Assembly (NCBI RefSeq): GCF_020745735.1
Contig: NC_083401.1
Location: forward strand, 77,001,740 to 77,065,739
DNA length: 64,000 bases
Reading direction: 5' to 3'
DNA from: Hemiscyllium ocellatum
Lineage: Eukaryota
Shown piece after piece: positions 42,101 to 54,100 of the stretch. The notes below the pieces were generated by a model. That model searched no databases and was not told the DNA's origin. It saw only the letters and a list, made by a program, of their open reading frames with translations. Made by a program: the position numbers and the translations under genes. Position 1 is the stretch's first letter. Each line of letters opens with the position of its first letter.

Positions 42101-45100
42101 CCCCCAGCACTGACATTGTCACAAACCTGGTCCCTTTTTTCTCAAAGCTGTTCCTTTTCTCAAGGATACTGTGTCCTTGGTTTTTTTTTTCAGAGGGATT
42201 ATAAACAGCTTCCAGTTCTGATTAGACTGGTTTGATACAGAGATTGACAGATATTGAGAGGCCTTTTTGTTTATATGTAAACCAATGAGACCTCAGGCCA
42301 AAGTGGTCATGTTTTAGAAGTGACCTGTATAATGAAAGGGGAGTGGTCAGCTCTCTAGCTGAGCAGTTCAGTTCAGAACTAGTTGGAAGTTCAGCACTGG
42401 AGTGTGTGAACTGGCAACAAAAACTCTCTCTCCTTCTGCCCTTCTAACTTAAACCTGTAGACATTTGTTTCATTTTTACTGTTTTTTTTAAGGGGGTTTG
42501 CTTATTGAGACTGTGGTGTATATTTGGAACAGCATAATTAAATCAGAGTTCTGTAGGGGTCTTTCTTCTGTTCTTTGTGTTTCATTGTGTAATTTTGTGA
42601 ATAAAGTTTGTCTGTTTTAAAACCTGGTGGTCAACCTAGCTAACTTACTCTGGGTAATGTTCACTGTACACGTACCGAAACAAATTGCAAAGTTATGGTC
42701 TGGGCTGCCTGCTTAAGAATATTTTGAGTAGTCTGGCCGAGTTCATAACCCACTCAATAGCAACCATGTATACTACCTACAAGATTCACTGCAGAAATTC
42801 ACTAAGTTCACCTTTCAAACCCATGACCATTTCTTTCTAAAATGAAAAGGACAGCAGATACACCACCACCTGAAAGTTTCCATCCAAGCCACTCACCACC
42901 CTGACTTGAAAATATATCACCACTTCTTCATTGTCGCTGGGTCAAAATCCTGGAATTCGTTCCCTAAGGACATTGTGTGTATAACTGCAGCAAAGGGACA
43001 GCAATAGTTCAAGAAGGCAGCTCACCCCCACTTTCTCAAGGGCAACGAGGAACGGGCAATAAATACCAGTGACGCCCACATCCCACGAATGAAATAAAAA
43101 AAGTCTCCTTTTGATTTTAATTATTATTTTCATAATCACCTTAAGGAGCTGTTTACGCATTTTTTCTCTCAAGAGAGAGTTCCCAGCATTGAATTAAATA
43201 TGTGCCTGAGCGCACCCACTAAGTATGAATAAAGCTAACCCTGCAGAATCAGCTATGTGCAGCCTGCTGGCTGAGTTGGTACTAATAACTTACTGCTAAC
43301 TGATCAGAAAAAGCAAAGAACTGTGAATGCTGAAAATCAGAAAGGCAAACAGAAATTGCTGAAAAACTCAGCAGGTTTGGCAGCATTTGTGAAGAAACAC
43401 AGAGTTAACATTTCAGGTTTTTTTTTCTCTCTCTCTCTCTCTCTCCCTCTTATGGTCTCCATTAATAGTTATTCATTCTCCCAGGCTGATCTGTACCTGT
43501 TCCTTTTTCCTTTCTCTGGGCTCTATCTCCACCTATTGTTTTTTCCTTGCCTCTCCCTCCGAGCTACTATCAGTTCTGAAGAAGGGTTATTCGTTCCGAA
43601 ACATTAACTGTGCTGCCAGACCAGTTAGGTTTTTCCAACAATTTCAGTTTTTGTTGCTGCTAACTGATGCTTGATTGGAAAATCTGTACTTATGTCTAAT
43701 TTAGCGGACATACTCGAAGCGCATTTTTATGAGCTTGAACAACTACACCCATTCTTAATGCACATTTAAATAAAATGTGAATGTAAAATAATAAAAGTGC
43801 TTAAGAAATGTTAGTCTATTTGCAATCGTCTTCCAAACTTGTGGACTTTAAGAGAGTAGAAATTACAGATTACTTTTTATAGCAGTTTGTTTATTATCAA
43901 ATCTGAGACCATAGTATTCCCACTTATATACTTTAATGAACATGCTACAATATTTTTAATTGATTAATATAAAACAAAGATGAGAGTCTACCCAATGTAT
44001 CTTCTCATCTACATCAGTTTGTTGTAAAACAGGCAGCTACAGCTCGAATTAACTTCTCCTCAGTTGTTCGGAGTATAATGATATAAACAATTCAGCAGGG
44101 TTGAGATGTCTGTGAAGACTCATAATGAGTCTGCTGATTAATGTCCTTTTGTTTGGAACAGCGACTATCACAAATGTGTGGTTCTAGATTAGTGAGAAGG
44201 ATCAAGCAATGCATTGCATACACTATTGTAAAGAATGTGACGAGTTAAAGTTTGAGCATGACATCTACATTTTGTTTTTTAATGCTGAAAGTAAAGTGCA
44301 TAAGAATCTTCATGAGCTGCACATTTCCCCTTTGTTGATTTTTTTTCACAGGAGATTTAGAAAAGTTTAAGCGCTATAACATCTCTGTTTATGCTGTGTA
44401 CACTGATGGCGCTGGAAATCCATTCTCAATACCGGCATACCTACAGCAAGATAGTAAGTAAATATTCAAGGATTTAACAGCTAATAAGAGACTTTCCAAA
44501 GGCCTTGATTTCAGATAGTTTATATAAATTTGATTAAACAGCAGAGAGGAGGCTATATCCTCTATTGTATTGCCAATTTACAAATGCAGCTTGTAAAATT
44601 GGCCTTGTTCAAATTTTCTATTTCCTGACCTTAAAAACTGGATATACTCTAGAAAGTTTAAAACCTTTTTTATTTCTGAATAGTTAAAATTATTTATTTG
44701 TAATCCTGTCTCCTAGTATTATTATACACAATAATAATGAGTCCTTGATTAAATTACAAATACAACATTGTATTTCTTATGTGGAAATATGATTTTTCTC
44801 ATTGATTTGTTACTTTACCTGGAGTAGCTATGTAAATACTGTAGCTATAAGAACAGATCAGAGGCTTGGGATCTTGTGGAGAGTAACTCACCTCCTCCTG
44901 ACTCCCCAGACTTTGTCCATCATCTAAAAGACACAAGTCAGGAGTATGTTGGAATACTCCCCAGATGTCTGGTTGAATGCAGCTCCTACAACATGTTTGA
45001 CACCAACCAAGTCATAACAGCCCACTAATTGGCACCACGTACCCAAACATTAACTCCGTGCACCACTGCTACACAGTAGCTACAATGTGTGCCATCTACA

Positions 45101-48100
45101 AGATGCATTGCTGTAATTCATCAAGGCTCCTTCAACGACACCTTCCAAACCTGTGACTTGTACCAACTGGAAGGACAGGACAGCAGCTACTTGGGAACAC
45201 CAGTAATTACAAGCTCCCCTTCAAATCACAAATCTTGACTTGGAAATATATCACTGTTCCTTCACTGCCACTGGATCAAAATCCTGGAACTCCTCCACCA
45301 ATAGCATTCTTGTTGGACCTACATTAAAAGGACTGTTCAAGAGGGCAGCTCACCACCACCTTCTGCAGGGCAAGTAGTCTAATGAACAAATTTTATTTGC
45401 CAACAGTGATGGCATCCTATGAAAGGATTATTTTAAAAATTGTTAATCATATTTTGATCAGATCCTAACACAAAGAATGCATTCCTTTTAATGGGCAAAG
45501 AAATAAAATTCACTTTGAAAAATAACATGACTGACTTATTAGATCTGATTTTAATTATTAAAACCGATCCACATTAACCAGGTTAAAATTGGGCCCATCT
45601 TGTTCTGTAATAGTGGAGGTGATTGCTATATTCGTTTAATATGTTCCTGGCAAATGAGTGGGATAAACGTAAGTTGAGCTGATATGGTGTTACGAGGCTG
45701 TTGAATGCTGTTACCTGGAAAATCCCATGGCAATGTCATGTAAGACTACACACTCTCTGTGCTGAATACTAGTGAAAGTGAGAAGGGTAAAAACATCTCT
45801 GATTCTAAATGAATAAATGTTAAGGATTGTTAGTGTTCGCTGCTTGTTCAATGAAGATTTTCTTTATCAGTTCCAGAAGTAGGCCCAATTATTGATGCTC
45901 CACTTGCGAGAGAAACAGAATGCACAATTAAATGGCATGAAATCCCAGTGGAAAAGAGGCGTGGATTCATCACCAATTACACCATTTTTTACAAATCTGC
46001 AAAAGGCGAGGCAGGTAAGTGTGCTTTTTCAAGGAGTCTTGTAAACAAATAAATATGAGGGCACAGTCATATCCATATCATTGCTGCAGCAATTGCTCCA
46101 GTATTGGCGTGTACATTCACTATCATTTATATGTTTCCTGCGTATGAACTATTCTACCCTTCTGAAACTCTCTTCGTACTGGTTAACTTGTTGGCTAATT
46201 GGCCGGACCATGGTACAGATGATGTCAACAGCATGGATCTCAATCCCTGTATCAGCTGTGGTAGTTCCTTGTCATGCCCCATGTTTGATGCAGTGTGATA
46301 CCTCTCAAGCTATACAGCCATTTGTCTGTAACAGAGAGAAATGTTTATGGTCCATTTACCTCAACTAAACCTGTAGTCTCTTTGTGAGGTTTTTGCAGTG
46401 AGTCTGTCCTCTGCTCCCACATGTTTTGACTGCTGGTGTTCACAGATCTAATGAGACACGTACATAAGGTGGTTAAAAGGCATTTCAGGTACACTGCTTA
46501 GAGGAGGCATAGAATGCAGTAGCAAGGACTTTACGCTGGAACTCTATATGATGCTAAACCAGCCCAGTTATGGTAATCATCACCACGAAGGATATGATGA
46601 CACTGGAAAAACATAGAGTTTTACCAAGGATTGAAGAATTTTAATTGAAGAAAGAATGAAGAGGCTGATGTTGTTTGTTTTGGAACTTATTGATATATAA
46701 ATAAACTATGAGGACCTGAGACGGTGTGGATGGAAATGACCTATTTCCCTTAGTAGAGAGGTCATTAACCAAGAGTGGAATTTAAAGGATTAAGGATTAA
46801 CACAGAAGGAATAAGACGGAAACAAGGTGAACATTTTGTCACTCAGAATCTGGAGGGCCTATAACTCACTGACTGAAGGGCTGCCGAGACAGAAACATTT
46901 AACAGTACATGGCAATACTCTTGAAGTGCTCTGCACTATAGCACAAGGAACTATAAGTGCTAATGGCCTCCTGTGTGGTGATTTTTTTGAATAAATGATC
47001 CTACAAATTCGTAAAATGAACACTATATTAAACATTATTGTTGCACACAGAGACGTCTTCACAAAACTCTCTTGGACAAAGGTTTACTGCCTTCTAATAA
47101 TGTTTTCCATTATTTCGCAGGTGTAACAGTGAATTCAACAGTCCATGAATATACACTGAAATCTCTGCAAAAGAATACTGATTACACATTTTATGTTATG
47201 GCATCCACTGTGAAGGGAAGCATGAACAGCACGTTGAATTCCTTCACAACAAATGCTCTTGGTCAGTGAAAAAAACTTCGAAAAAGTTCAATGTTACTTT
47301 ATTCCTGAGTTGTGTTTGTGTCAAGGACTGAAACCAGCTATGGTGTTCCCCTGCCAAGCCAACTTTCCTGACCTATAAAGCTAACACGCATCCCTAATAG
47401 GCCTGTGTGCCAGGGCTGACTTTAAAGTGATAGACCTTGTGTTCCCTGTGATTTCTTGGGTCTCATTCCCTTTACTGAAGGGAATGGTGCATGTTTGTGA
47501 CAGAAGAGGTGAATTTCAGATTTTATCAGTGTCAAATTGCCATCAGGAAATGGAACTGAATAGAGCCTATTTGCATAAAAAAGGTACCAGTCCCTGTTTC
47601 CGCACACCACCTTAAATTGTGGACCTATTTCTAATTACAATCCACAAAGCAGATTAATGCATTCTAACTTCTTTAAAAATATTACATTTCATTATATTTG
47701 TAGTCATTTGACTGAGAATTTATGCATATTCAGTTATGGCAGTGTTCTGCAGATGTTGCAAGATTCAAACACTATTTCAAAATAATTGACATTCCCATGA
47801 GATCAAGTATTTTATGAGTTTAGCAAATGAACATACAAACACACAAATTAGGAGCAAGAGTAGGCCACTTGGCCTCTTGAGCCATCTCCACCATTCAACA
47901 GGATCATAGCCGATCTGATTCCAGATCCACATTCCTGCTTTACCATAAGAACCTTTCATCCCCTTGCTTGTTAAGAATCTATCTACCTGTACTTTATAAA
48001 GACTCAAAGACTCTAATTTCACCTTATTTATCGAGGAAAAGAGTTCTAAGCATTCATGTCCCTTTGTGAGACGAAGGTTTCTGCTAATCTCTATTTTTAA

Positions 48101-51100
48101 ACAATGACCACAAGTGGAAAAATCATTTCCATAATCATCTGATCCTCAGGATCTTTTATGCTTCAAATAATTTGCCTCCTACTCTTCTAAATTTTAATGG
48201 GAACAACCTTAGCCTGTCCAAACCTCTCCTCATAGGGCAAATGGTCCATTCCAGCTATTAGTTCAGTAAACCTTGTCTGAACCATTTTCCCTTCAAACAA
48301 GAAGCAGTGTAACCTGGTTTTGCTGGATGCCGGACGTTAAGGAATTGCTATTTTCATTTTCATTTATATAAGTTGGTCAACACAGTCACTTAATATCAAA
48401 TTATAGACTATTTTTAAATCTACATGTATGGTATTGGCTGAAAAATTGTGTTCTGTGAATATAAATGTTAAATTTCTGATCTGTGGAATTCATGTTTTGG
48501 ATATCATAAACCAAAAATTTAAGTCATTCAAAATAGTTGATTAATAGGTTTCAAACAATAGGTATTATTATTTGTGTGGCAATGGCAAACCTTTAGAGAG
48601 TTTGTTTAAATGTTCAGAATTTTCAGCATTTTCTGGTAAGACATTCAATGCCTGCAAATGGAACAAAATGGCAGAAAACAAAATGCTGTGGGAAGTTTTG
48701 CTGAATCTAAATAGAAATACAAGCATTATATGTTGCTGATCAGAGTTGTGACTGGTATTGCTTCAAAGTAATATCTAGTTTATAATTTTATTACAGGGCA
48801 AAAAGATATTGTGGTGATTCTGGTGCCTGTTCTCGTCATCTTCCTACTGCTAGTAAATATGTTGATAATCTGTTTCAACAACAAGCATAGGTTAGTATGT
48901 TAACTCTTAATGTTTTGAGTTCCAAGTACCAGAGGTAAGTTCCGGCCATCAGCATTCAAGGCAGAAAAATTCACACACAGTACATATGGACAAATCAAAA
49001 ATGGGTTTGATTTTCCATCAACTCAATTCTGTAGGTGTGAACACTGAATAGTACCTGCCCAAATTTCCATTGCATATTCCCTGCATGTGGAGCTCTGTAC
49101 TGGCAACATTGAATATGAACGTGTATATAATTTAAAGGTTGACATATTACAATATTTTGTGGCATTGCAACATGTATCACATGAAGCATGAGGATTAGGC
49201 TGTGGGTTGTGATCTGGAGTATCTTGATCTCGGCAATCAGTGCAGGAACTGCTGACTGTGCTTCCAACATTGGAACCTCATTCTCTTGTAGGATTTTGTC
49301 CAGGGCCACCCTGAGGGCAGACATAATGAGGATGCATAAAATTGTGTATAGACAGGGTAGATGGTAAGGGATAAATGACCAGGGGCATACCTTTAAGGTT
49401 AGGGGGCAGGACGTTCAGAGGAATGTGAAGGGATGCTATGGACCAAGTGCTGGAAATTGGGATTAGAATAATTGGTCATTTTTGACCAGTGTAGACTCGA
49501 AGGGATGAAGGGCCTTTTTTGGTGCTGTTAACCTCTATGGTTCTATGACTATATGACTCTATATGGGTGCTAGGAACCAAAAAGAAACAAGTGTAGGGTG
49601 GAAGGTGGTCGTACTTTAAGGAGGGGGATACTCTGGAGCGGTTTGTTTTTCTTTGACTTGGTCTCCCAATAGCGTCCATACCACACTGAATATCTTAAAA
49701 TATCAAACTTAATGTAAGTGTATACTTATGTTGGAGGAGACAGTGATATCATGGTAAGATTATGTGACTAGTAATCTAGAAATAGGCTAATGCTCAAAGG
49801 ATGTGTGTTTGAAGTGCAACATGGCAGATTGTGAAATTTGATTTCAATAAAATCTGGAATTAAAAATTTTAATAACAATCATAAAACTGTTGTTGATTGT
49901 CATTTAAAAAAAAAAGACCATGTGCGCCACTAATACCATTTAGGGAAAGAGATTTGGCATTCTAATGTGCTCTGGCCTGAAAGTGACTCCAGACCTATCA
50001 ACACTGTCCACATTCGTCCCTTTGCCATCAACGTGCAGTGGCAGTAATGTTTACCATCGACAAGATGTATCTTTAACAGCACGTTATAAGCATGTGACCT
50101 CTTGTACCTGGAATGATAAAGGTAAAAGAGGCATGGGACCCCCACCACCATCATGCTCCCTCCCTCAAGCTGCATTCCATCTTGTATTGGAATTACATTC
50201 CTCCTCCTTCAGTGTCACTGAGCCAAAATCTGGAACACCCTCACTAACAGGGTGATGTTAAATGTCAAAAAAAAGCTAAAGTTAGTATTTTGTATCTGCC
50301 ATCAATATTATAGAGTATGTCTCCACTCATTTTGAATGACAATCAAGTATAGAAATGGCATTTGAAATACACTGCAGCCATGGTTTGTTTTGTCATTTGA
50401 AGGATGTACAGCTGTAATTGTTACCTCTGACTCTTAGGATTGCAAAACACATTTGGCCTGACGTGGCAGATCCTGCAGGTAGCAGTTTAGCTGATTGGTT
50501 TCATGAACATCAATACAAGGTATACCTTTCTCCTTTTATGTCTTTGACTTGTAGAGGTTTAATTTGGTACAGAAGTAAAAAATATTGGAAATTCTCTGTA
50601 GGCGAGACACCGTTTGTAAGAGGGTTAGCATTTAAAATCAATAGTCTTGTTTTTTTTTTCACTTAACCCAGTGTTTTGCTTTTATTTTAAGTTGATGTTT
50701 ATCTTTGTTACATTTTGGAAAGGAATTCAATCAGTAGCAAAATTCTCTGCTTGCTCCATGTTTCTACAAATTTTAAATTCCTACTTTGAAATGATTTTAA
50801 TTTAAAAAGTCATCATAATCCTTATGGCAGCTTAGCTTCTGATCTTCTTTAATTGCACTAATACTTGGTGTCATCTTGCGATCTGTCACTAAAATAAAAG
50901 CAGTGATTGAACTATTAGTCACACTTCAATTACTTTTATATTTTTCCTAAGCAACACATCTTTCATTGTCTTGACTTCACTTTACTGTTTAATGTGAGCA
51001 TCTCTTTAATTTACTGTTTGTGCTTGCATCACCACGTGCTGGAATGCTATAGGAACAAAGGAGTGTAGGATTAGGAATAGGCCATTCAGTCTGTTGAGTT

Positions 51101-54100
51101 GAGATAATTGCTGATCATCTGCCTCAGCGCTGCTTTTTTCTGCACCAACTCTTGATGTCATTCCTTAATAGAAATCTATCGATGTGGCTTAAACGTGCAT
51201 AATGAAGTGCCCACGAGAACCTTCTGGAATAGAGAATAGAGAAAGACTTACTACACACTGAGTGAAAAATTCCTCTTCATCTCAGTCATAATGCCTTGCC
51301 TCTTTTTAGGAAACTATAGTGTCTGCATTCACTCATCCCTCCATCCCAGCCAGGGAAAACATCCTTTCTGCATTTATCTTGTTTGGACCTTTACAAATGA
51401 AAACCCTATTCAGATGAGAGCAGACAGCAAAAAGCTGTTGGCTGCCACTTTCACCTGGCAAGGAAAGTACATGGTGAAGGTGGGCATTTCCATTTATAAT
51501 GAAAGCACTGCCCTTTCTTTAACACTTTTCTTCCAAACGTGTGCTGCTCAGGTTCTCCAGCTATTATGACAGGTTACATCATCTAATTGTAATGAGCCTC
51601 CCACACAATACAAACTTATTGAATTCTAGCACCCTTTGCTCCTGTTGCTGAATTTCTGGGACATGCTGAATTCTTTCTATACCTCCTGCTTTTGGGTAGC
51701 TCATTCCCCACAATGTATTTCAGTTCATTGGCAATTGCCATTGTATTACCAATCCCTTTAATTTAAAAGATATCCCGCAGGATAATCATCATTAAATAAA
51801 CTTAGTTGTACAAACTTGTGGAGCGAATTACTTGGTATTGATTATGCACATACAGGGGAAGTGCAGGCAGTTAAACAGAAGGAAAACAGTGCTAATCTGC
51901 TGTCAGATAACCATGATGCTTCAGATTTAATCAGTTTTTTATTAGAATGTAATCTGTTGTTTTGTGCGAGTCAGTTGGCATACATCTAGGTTCATGAAAC
52001 AATACCTCTGCACCTTCTCTATAGCCATAACACTATATTCTGCATTTTGTTCTAATATATTGGTGTAAGGATTAATTTGCCTGGATAGAGTGCAAAGCAA
52101 TAATTTTCACTGTATCTTGGTACATGAGACAATAATAAATCAAATCAAATCAATTCAATTCAATACTGAATGTTGCCAGGGTTGGAAGATATGACCTATT
52201 GGGAGAGTCTGAATAGGCATTTTTCCCTGGAGAGGCTGAGGGGTGACTTTATAGATGTTTATAAAAACATGAGAGGAATGGATAGGGTAACTAGACAAGG
52301 TCTTTTCCCTGTGATGGGGGAGTCCAGAACTAGAGGGCACACGTTTCAGATGAGAGGGGAAAAATTTAAAAGGGACCTGAGGGGCAAATTTTTTACACAG
52401 AGGGTAATGTGTGCATGGAATGAGCTGCCAGAGGAACTGGTGGAGGCTGGTACAATTGCAGCATTTAAATGGTATCAGGATGGGTATATGAACAGGAATG
52501 GTTTAGAGTGATATAGGCCAAGTGCTGGCAAATAGGACTAGTTTAGGTTCGGATATCTGGTCGGCATGGACGAATTAGACTGAAGCGTCTGTTTCCATGC
52601 TGTATATCTCTATGACTCTATGACTCTCTAATATATCGAGTAAATAACCAGTTAATCTGTTTTGGTGGTTTGACTTGAAGGATAAATACTATCCAAGGAT
52701 CTTGTCTGAACTGCCTCCAATACAATTACATGGTTCCTTAAATTTTAAAATCATGCCACATCAGGTTATAGTCCAACAGGTTTATTTGGAAGTACAAGCT
52801 TTCGGAATGCTGAGAGATTGTGTTCTTTTTGAACAAAATAGAATGTATCTGCAAATGCAAATTCATCCCATAGGTTGATGTGTACACACACTGAAAGCAC
52901 ACAATCTAAAGGCAGTCAGTCCATGTGAGATTTTATAAATTCCTATTTTGGAAATAGATCCAGTTTGACTCAAGATTGGAGTGCGGACAGACTCTAACCT
53001 CACACCTTTAGTATGTTGTCTGAGCTGAGATGTCACCTTTTTATAAAGCCTTTAGTTATCTCAGGAATGTGACTGGAAATAAGTTCTGTGATCTAGATAT
53101 TAATGAATCAAAACCTGCAACCCATGCTAAGTGATTGAAGACTTAACAGCAGTCTTGGTTTGTTCAATACACCAGTTGTTTGACACTTTGATCTTTTACT
53201 ATAAATTCTGTGTCCTATAATCTTGCCCCACTAGTTACCTGGCGAAGGAGCAGCGCTCTGAAAACTTGTACTTCCAAATAAACCTGTTGGACTGTAACCT
53301 GGTTTTGTGTGATTTTTAACTTTCTCCACCCCTCGTCCAACACAGGCACCTCCACATTACATCTTTCTTCAAGTAATGGGACAGCCCTGGAGAGGGATTA
53401 AATCATCAAGCTTTTGACTTTGATGTGAATGCTATCACTGTTTCAAATTGATACTTATTAGCAATAGAATGACAACAAGGATCACTCCAATCATTATTTC
53501 TTGAAGAATAAATGGCATTTAGAATGTGGAATGAGTTGAATATATATTTAAGTGGGGAAAGATTGCAGAATGCTGCAGCACCGAGGGATTTGGGGATCCT
53601 ACTGCATGAATCTCAAAAAGCTAGCATCCAAATTTAGTGGGGAACAGGAAAGGCAAATGATCTGTTGGCCTTTATTTAGTAAGGAATGGAGTATAAAAAT
53701 AGGGAGGTCTTGCTGAAACTGTGAACAGTTTTGATCCCTTATCTAAGGAAAGGCATGTTAGCATTGGATGCAGTCCAAAGAAGGTTAACTTGGTTGATCC
53801 TGGTATGGAGGGATTTTCTTATCAGGAGAGGTTGAGTAGGTTGGGCTTGTACTCATTTGAGGTTTAGAAGTATGAGCAGAGACCTTATTAAAACATATAA
53901 GATTCTTGGGGAGATTGACAGGATAGATGTGGAGAGATGGTTTTTCTATTGTAGGAGAGTTGAGGACCAGAGGGCATCATCTCAGAGTAGTTTGGTCACT
54001 CATTTAAGGAGGATATTGTTCTCTCAGGAGGTAGTCATTCTGTGAAATTCTATGCGACAAAAGGTTGTAGAGGCTGAGTCATTAGTACATCCAAGGATGA

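Larger units (their letters stand above)
40320..43097 (+). mobile_element. CR1/L2-group LINE (same family as 5270-7505), decayed, with three nested insertions
   Basis: ILKTCAPE and ELRVTALDVKARFDRV remnants, 3' tail ...gggcaataaatacc...gaatgaaataaaaaaa; insertions at 40410-40505, 40869-40976 and 42117-42750. Confidence 0.8.
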
